Part shown: positions 57,999 through 64,000 of the stretch, piece after piece
Layout of the letters: every line of letters starts with the position of its first letter
Numbering within the stretch: the stretch's first letter is position 1
Assembly (NCBI RefSeq): GCF_009914755.1
Contig: NC_060946.1
Reading direction: 5' to 3' (one strand)
Source: the human T2T-CHM13v2.0 reference genome, Homo sapiens
DNA: 64,000 nt
Notes under the pieces: model-generated
What the model was told of the DNA's origin: nothing
The model's database searches: none
The model's input: the letters and a program-made list of their open reading frames with translations, nothing else
Made by a program: the position numbers and the translations under genes

Positions 57999-58440
57999 TG
58001 TCAGGCCTCTGAGCCCAAGCCAAGCCATCGCATCCCCTGTGACTTGCACATATAGGCCCAGATGGCCTGAAGTAACTGAAGAATCACAAAAGAAGTGAAT
58101 ATGCCCTGCCCCACCTTAACTGATGACATTCCACCACAAAAGAAGTGTAAATGGCCGGTCCTTGCCTTAACTGATGACATTACCTTGTGAAAGTCCTTTT
58201 CCTGGCTCATCCTGGCTCAAAAAGCACCCCCACTGAGCACCTTGCGACCCCCACTCCTGCCCACTGAGCACCTTGCGACCCCCACTCCTACCCACCAGAG
58301 AACAAACCCCCTTTGACTGTAATTTTCCTTTACCTACCCAAATCCTATAAAACGGCCCCACCCTTATCTCCCTTCGCTGACTCTCTTTTTGGACTCAGCC
58401 CGCCTGCACCCAGGTGAAATAAACAGCCATGTTGCTCACA
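57999..58440 (+). promoter_or_regulatory. LTR7 U3-R (TATAAAA at 58346, inferred TSS at 58376, AATAAA at 58418-58423)
   Basis: Starts tgtcaggcctctgagcccaagc after purine tract aagaaggcaggaa; matches recalled LTR7 consensus. Confidence 0.9.
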
Positions 58441-60499
58441 AAAAAAAAAAAAAGAAAAATGGAGGCCCAAAGCAGTGTCTCTCCAAGGCACACTTTGAAT
58501 TTCCTGTGGTATTTCGTCCAGAATCTTTCTTCAGATAACATGGCCCCCTCTGAGGCTGCAAAAATGGAATTTGCTCAACATCCATCTGCCACAGATGGAT
58601 AGTGCACCTCTCTCATACTCTATGCACTATGCATGGGACCTGTCCAGGTAGGGTTTTGAAGGATGAATAGGAGAGCCACCACCCTCCTAATCCAAGCTGG
58701 GCCAGGGTCCTCGGCTGCCTTCTGCCCCTCGTTCCCCCAGACTGTCAACTCAGGACGAAGAAGGCAGTCTTTCTGGGGTGTGAGATGGGTGTTTCTCTGT
58801 CAGTATGGAAAGGCCCCACCAGCAAGGTGGGCCAGCCTACTGCTAGACCCCTATCCTGGTCCTCCCCAGGGCCAAAATGTACCCCAATGTCATGTGCAAT
58901 CCCCACAATGTGCCAGTCTGTGCCATAGTCCTTTGGTTCTTAGGCCCTCTGAGAGTTCCTTCTTTCACTCATTTGTTCATTTCACACCAACCTGAAGTCT
59001 CCCAAATGCCCATACCCAATGCTCATCATTCTTTCACACTTCTTTCTCCTTCCTTGGGTTCTGATCGTGATCATATACCACTGTCACTCTGAGCAGGAGA
59101 CCTTTAAAGGTTAAAGAGATTTTTTAAGCTTCTCCAAATTTAGGTGACTATAGAGGCTTCATCTGTAAAACTTTATATTCTGATAAATATTCCATTACCT
59201 ATGTGAAGAAAACTTGAAAAGTTGAAAGAAAAAAATACAATAAAACTACAAAATTAGGCTCAATTTATGTGCTGGGATGAATAGGATGAACTCCTATTCA
59301 TCCTTCAAAACCCTCTCTGGACACGCCTTACTGGAGAAAGCCTTTTCCAAGCCTCCCACATGGGGTTCATGAATCTCTGAGTGGCATCCATGTCTTGTAC
59401 CACCATGGGTTACTGGGCATATTCCCTTCACTTTTAATTGTCAACGTACTTGTCCATCCACTCCTATTCCGCCGTCTATACCGTATTTCCCGCAGGATGA
59501 TTCACGATCTCCATCACAACTGGACTCAAAGCCACTTTTTGACTGCTCATCCTTGTCCACTTCATCTCCCTGAGCCTATTGCCTCATCTGTGACATGGGA
59601 TGAATCTGCCCCAGCATGAGGTTGCCGTGAGAATTAAATGAGATAATATGAGTCTGTAAAGTGCCTAGTACTGAGTGTGGCTCTCCATTCATGGCAGTTT
59701 TATTACCTGGATCCTCCGTTTCTGCCACATAATAGGAGCTGAATAAATGTGTTGAGTTGGAATGAAATGGTTTGAATTGCCTGCATCTGTATGGTGTCCT
59801 TTGGTTACCAGTGAGGGGTGGGAACCCAGGTCTCTGAGTCAGTCCCAGGGAAGCAAATTTCCTCCATGGTCATTCTATCCTGTAGATGGGTCACAGGAAG
59901 TGGAAGCAGCATGTCTAACTCTGGAGGGTCTGGAAGATGTGTCCTACCAAATGCCAATGGAAAGGTGTCACCAGGTGTCAGAAAGGGGCTGGCACTGCCT
60001 GTTTCCCCTCTGTGCCTGGCACTGTGCTCAGGAGTCTTCCCATAGACAGCTCTGTGGGGTCATAACACTCTTTCTGTCCACTCTACAGCCAAGAAAACTG
60101 AGGCTCAGAGAGAGTGCACTGCCTACCTCCCGGAGACCCAGTGACTGCAGAGGTTTTTCCACTCAGGATTCCAGCCCCAGTGACAAAGTAACTATGGCAG
60201 GTAATCTTCCTAAATGTGTTCTTTGCTCCTGAGATGGGGAATTTCCTGGATGTAATTAAACGTTTTACCAGCTTAATGCCAGTCTGGGGAGCTTCTGTTC
60301 ACACTCTGCCTTAGTGTGATGTTTTCCAGGGTAGAGTCATTGGAGACACGTGTAAGCTGTTTGCCTCCACACTGAATGGCCGCGCTGCAGCTCTCAATCT
60401 GCCGCCATCATTTCTGACTCATCTTCCCGCTCCAACCTGGCATTGGGCGCCCACCTACATTAGCCCTCTGATCTGCTGTGGGCTGTGAAAGAAGGTAAC

Positions 60500-60643
60500 T
60501 GCACCTGTTATAATTAGGTGTAAAATACAAGTTCAGAGGTTCTGATTCAGTAGTCTAGCACAAGGCCAGAAATCTGGAGTTAACAAGAGCCCTTAGGTGT
60601 TTCTGCGGCCAGGGTTCTGTGGACCATGCTTTGAGAAACACTG
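60500..60643. mobile_element. MER5-like hAT fragment
   Basis: ttctgattcagtag...ctttgagaaacactg. Confidence 0.65.
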
Positions 60644-61209
60644 AGAGGTAAAGGTGCAAAAGGGAAGGACAGGAATGGTCTGCAGTGGCCTCAGGTCTGA
60701 GGCTGCAGATGCCGGAGTGAAGCCACTGCCCAAAGAGTGGCCCATAGGCAAACCGATCCTTTTACAGGGCTGGTGCTCACAGTGAGCTTCCAGCTAGATG
60801 TTACTTGCTCCACTTAAGAAACAAAAAAACTGGGGGCTGTAGTTAAGCCGCTTGCCCAAGGTCCATGGCTGTAAGGGGAGGAAGCAGCATGCGCCCCAGG
60901 ACAGCGTGACTCCAGACCGCCATCGGCTGCCCTGTGGTAAGATTATGGTGCTGATGCTGACGCTTTATGCACATGAAGCCCTTCCTACATGTTGTGTCCA
61001 GTGCATTGTCTCCGATAACAACCCCACGAGCTAGACCCCTTTCAAAGATGAGGAAAAGGTGGAGCTGAGAAGCTGCATAACTTGCAGGAGATTCCCAGGC
61101 TTACTAGGATCTGAAACTGAACACTAGAACCCAGAAGCATAAGCATCACCCTACACAGCCACTGGGGGGGGCACTTCCGTTGCCCCCTCCCTCCTACATG
61201 AGTCAGATA

Positions 61210-61416
61210 CAGGGTTCTTGGCCCCCAAAGGATCTTTCCCCCAAGGAGACATTGGGCAATGTTTAGATAGGTTTTTTTTTTTTTTTTTTTTGGCATCTAG
61301 TGGGTGGAGGCCAGGAATGCCGTTCAACCTCCTCAAATGCCTAGTTGCCCCCCTTACACTCCAGCAAAGAATTAACAGGCCCAAAATGTCAATAGTGCCA
61401 AGGTTGAGAAATACTG
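61210..61416. mobile_element. MER20 hAT-Charlie element
   Basis: ggcatctagtgggtggaggccagg...cccaaaatgtcaatagtgccaaggttgagaaa. Confidence 0.85.
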
Positions 61417-61559
61417 AAATGACCCAACTTAGAACATCAACACACACACAGACACACACACACAGACACACCCACTACAGCATCCAAACCTACACCCCTA
61501 CGTCCCATAGAATCTGAAGAGACTGATGTAAAAAGGGGATAGAGTTGGGAGGAAACAAA

Positions 61560-61614
61560 GAAAGCGAGCCCCACCCACAAATATACCACAGTCACCATTA
61601 ACGTCATATTTATT
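61560..61614 (-). terminator. Cleavage/polyadenylation site of a minus-strand gene
   Basis: AATAAA on minus strand (tttatt at 61609-61614), GU-rich downstream element, upstream UGUA motifs. Confidence 0.7.
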
Positions 61615-64000
61615 GTTATTTAACTGCTCAGGAAAACATATACAGGTATATACAATATGCAGGAATACAGAAGACTGCACTTTACATATTTTTTTAAAAA
61701 AGAAAGAAAAAAATAACACTCAATTTCATGAGCTATTGTCACAGTCTTCCAACCAAGCATTTCAGAAATGAATTTCTTTTAAGAGTCAAAAAAGATTACA
61801 GGATTGCCTAACACACAGCAGAGTTAAGTTTTCATATTTTACATGTGCAATAACATTTTCGTTTTCTTTCCCAAAGAGTTTGCTATGCAGTACTGATTAC
61901 CAGTGTTCGGAGTCTAGTGTGTAGGGTGTGTTTTTCATTTACTTTTATTCTTTCCATTAAACCAAATTTAATGAAATAACATCCTTTTGCTTAAGGCTAT
62001 TTTTAAAGCTGTTTCATTCTGGGGTCGTGGGGAGCGAGAAAGTTTTTAAAACTTCAGGGGTTTCTGAGGTTGCCAGGACCATGAGCTAATTGGCAAAGTG
62101 TTGATGACTCAACGCTGGGAAAGTCAAAGACAGAAGTTAAGACACTTTGCTCCCCGGCCTTAAGCAATTAAGGAGAAATCATTCCTGTTTCAAAAGTAAA
62201 ATGATGAGGCTCTCAAACAGCTGTACACTGCAGAATCAGAGGGGTCATGGAGTCTTGCCCAGAATACGGTCAACTCTCCCACAGCCCATGGTGGGGGGAA
62301 ATTCCCTTCCCTTTCCATTCCTTTTGTAGCAGAACGCAGGAACTGCCTCGGCTCACACCTTTCTCGCTGATCAATTCATGCCACCTGCTTTGTCTGCCCT
62401 CTGAAGGCGGGGTTTGCTCCTCGTCAAGACTGCCCAGGCGAGAACCGCAGACTCAGACCCCAGCCAAAAGGACCGGCAGAAGGAAAGAGGGGAGAAGGGA
62501 GGGGAAAGAGTGAGGTTTTTCTGAAAGCTCCTCTCCCTTCGCTGAAAAGTTCTTTGAAATAAACAACGTGGGTGTTGTATGGTGAGCCCAGAGCCTTCAG
62601 GTCACTTGCTTTAGAAAGCCCAGATCTGCAAACTCTGAGGACCTGGAGGGGGTGGGGGAGCTCAAAGTGGAGCGTTTTAGTAAGACACGCTCGTTAACAA
62701 AAACTGAAATTAAATAGATAACCATCACGGTTATATATTTGGGTGAAGTGATATCAGTTACTTCCTGTCTAACCCACCGGGGAATCTATGTGCCCCCCAC
62801 CACAAGCCATAAATGGCTTTTGCAGGCATCAGCAGCACCCAAAGTTGCCTGCCCCTGCCAACCACCACTCATCTCTGCTCAGAGCAGTTATTCCTTTGTG
62901 AGATGCTTGGGACATGGCTCTAGTTTTGCAACAGGGTGAGATTCCAAAAAAATGTTGGGGAGGGGGCAGAGGAATTCCAGAGTTCAAAACTAAAAGGCGC
63001 AGGAATCAAAGTCATTTCATTCTATTCTCTTTCTCTGTCCTCTAGCCCTCAGGAGTCTGCAGATCCCTGCAAAGGCTCAGAGAAGGCTGAGCAGGCTGAG
63101 CAAGAGGGTGCCTCATCCCTCCCAGGGGTGGGGTTGCCCAGGCTGGACTGGGGATGGAATGGGAGAGGTGGAGGAGATACACGCAGTCCCCTCCTTCTTC
63201 CCTGGGATGCCCGGCCAGGAACAGCTTTCAGAAAAGGGAAAGGGCTGAGAACAGCCTCCTCCAACTCCAGCACCCAAGGCACGGGCAGCAGCCTTGCTCC
63301 AAAGACTGCAGGCTGGGAGCACACCATCCCCCATGCAGACCAAAGGCTGCTTAGCACAGCGTGAAAATGCAGGGCCTGGGCATTTGCGAGGAGGCCCAGA
63401 AAAGGAGAGAAAACACTGCTGTCGAACATTCCAACTCCTTCCCACAGAGCAGAGCTGGACACGTCCTCACGTCCATCGCAGAGAGGGGCGGCTTCCAGCA
63501 GGAGAAGAGAGAACTCAAGTGGAAGGGAACTGAAGGCTGAGCACTGTGTTTGCAGGAATGAAAATATATTTTCTTAGGGAACAGACAAAACAAAATCCCA
63601 GGCGGAATACCTAAGAGGGGCATTCATTGTTTGGCTCCTGCCTGACTGATGACACTGGGGTGTCAATATATAACATTGTGATGACAATTGGACTTTCACC
63701 CGGCAATATTCCAGAACTACTATTCTCCAGGATTTCCATTTTAATAAGCAGTGAACAAAGCAAAAAGAAAATAAAAGGGGAGGGGGTAAGAAAAGGAAAA
63801 AGAATAAAAAAGAAAGCAACTCTTGTCTTATTATGAAATAACAATACTTGGACATACAGCAGCATGAAAACAAAACAAGGAAAGAGGTCATCTAAAAAAT
63901 GTATGCCAAGATTACCGAAACATGGGGAGTATCTAGAGGAAAAAGGCTTAAGCAAAAGTTTGCTAACTGCAGAAGGGTTAACACTGGTAACATACTGTGG
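61592..64000 (-). other. MN1: 3' UTR (terminal exon) of a minus-strand gene, probably MN1; CDS lies outside the window
   Basis: 2.4 kb free of recognisable repeats, U-rich on minus strand, ending in a canonical poly(A) signal; gene name is recalled, not verified. Confidence 0.55.

Larger units (their letters stand above)
55623..58453 (+). mobile_element. HERV-H processed (L1-mediated) retrocopy of a spliced transcript: R-U5-PBS-leader-gag-(splice)-PPT-U3-R-poly(A)
   Basis: No 5' U3 and no 3' U5; poly(A) at 58441-58453 after AATAAA; TSD aaagaaaaatgg at 55610-55621 and 58451-58462. Confidence 0.92.

Noticed and set aside
55623-58440. Deleted provirus or recombined solo-LTR interpretation
   Set aside because: Both ends fall exactly at transcript boundaries, with poly(A) and a 12-bp TSD; independent deletions would not produce this
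62936-63533. 79-142 aa ORFs in the terminal region
   Set aside because: Overlapping short frames on both strands with no recognisable domain; region better explained as 3' UTR

Overview
Primate, most likely human, euchromatic DNA with no protein-coding exon that I can support. About 61.5 kb is intergenic and dense in repeats (about 25 Alus, many MIR/L2 relics, MaLR and ERV LTRs, hAT/Tigger DNA transposons, old L1, microsatellites). The last ~2.4 kb looks like the repeat-free 3' UTR and poly(A) site of a minus-strand gene; from memory it resembles MN1 (22q12), unverified. The standout element is the HERV-H at 55623-58440, which is not a provirus. It has mRNA structure (R-U5-PBS-gag...U3-R-poly(A)), a 12-bp target-site duplication, one extra 5' G and an apparent precise splice junction removing pro-pol-env, so it looks like a spliced HERV-H transcript retro-copied by LINE-1. 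Also seen: a 35-nt U2 snRNA retrofragment, a 128-bp locally templated duplication, a near-perfect 109-bp tandem duplication in an old L1, and several homeobox-motif-rich unique islands that may be enhancers. Repeat subfamily names come from recalled consensus sequences, and boundaries of old repeats are approximate.
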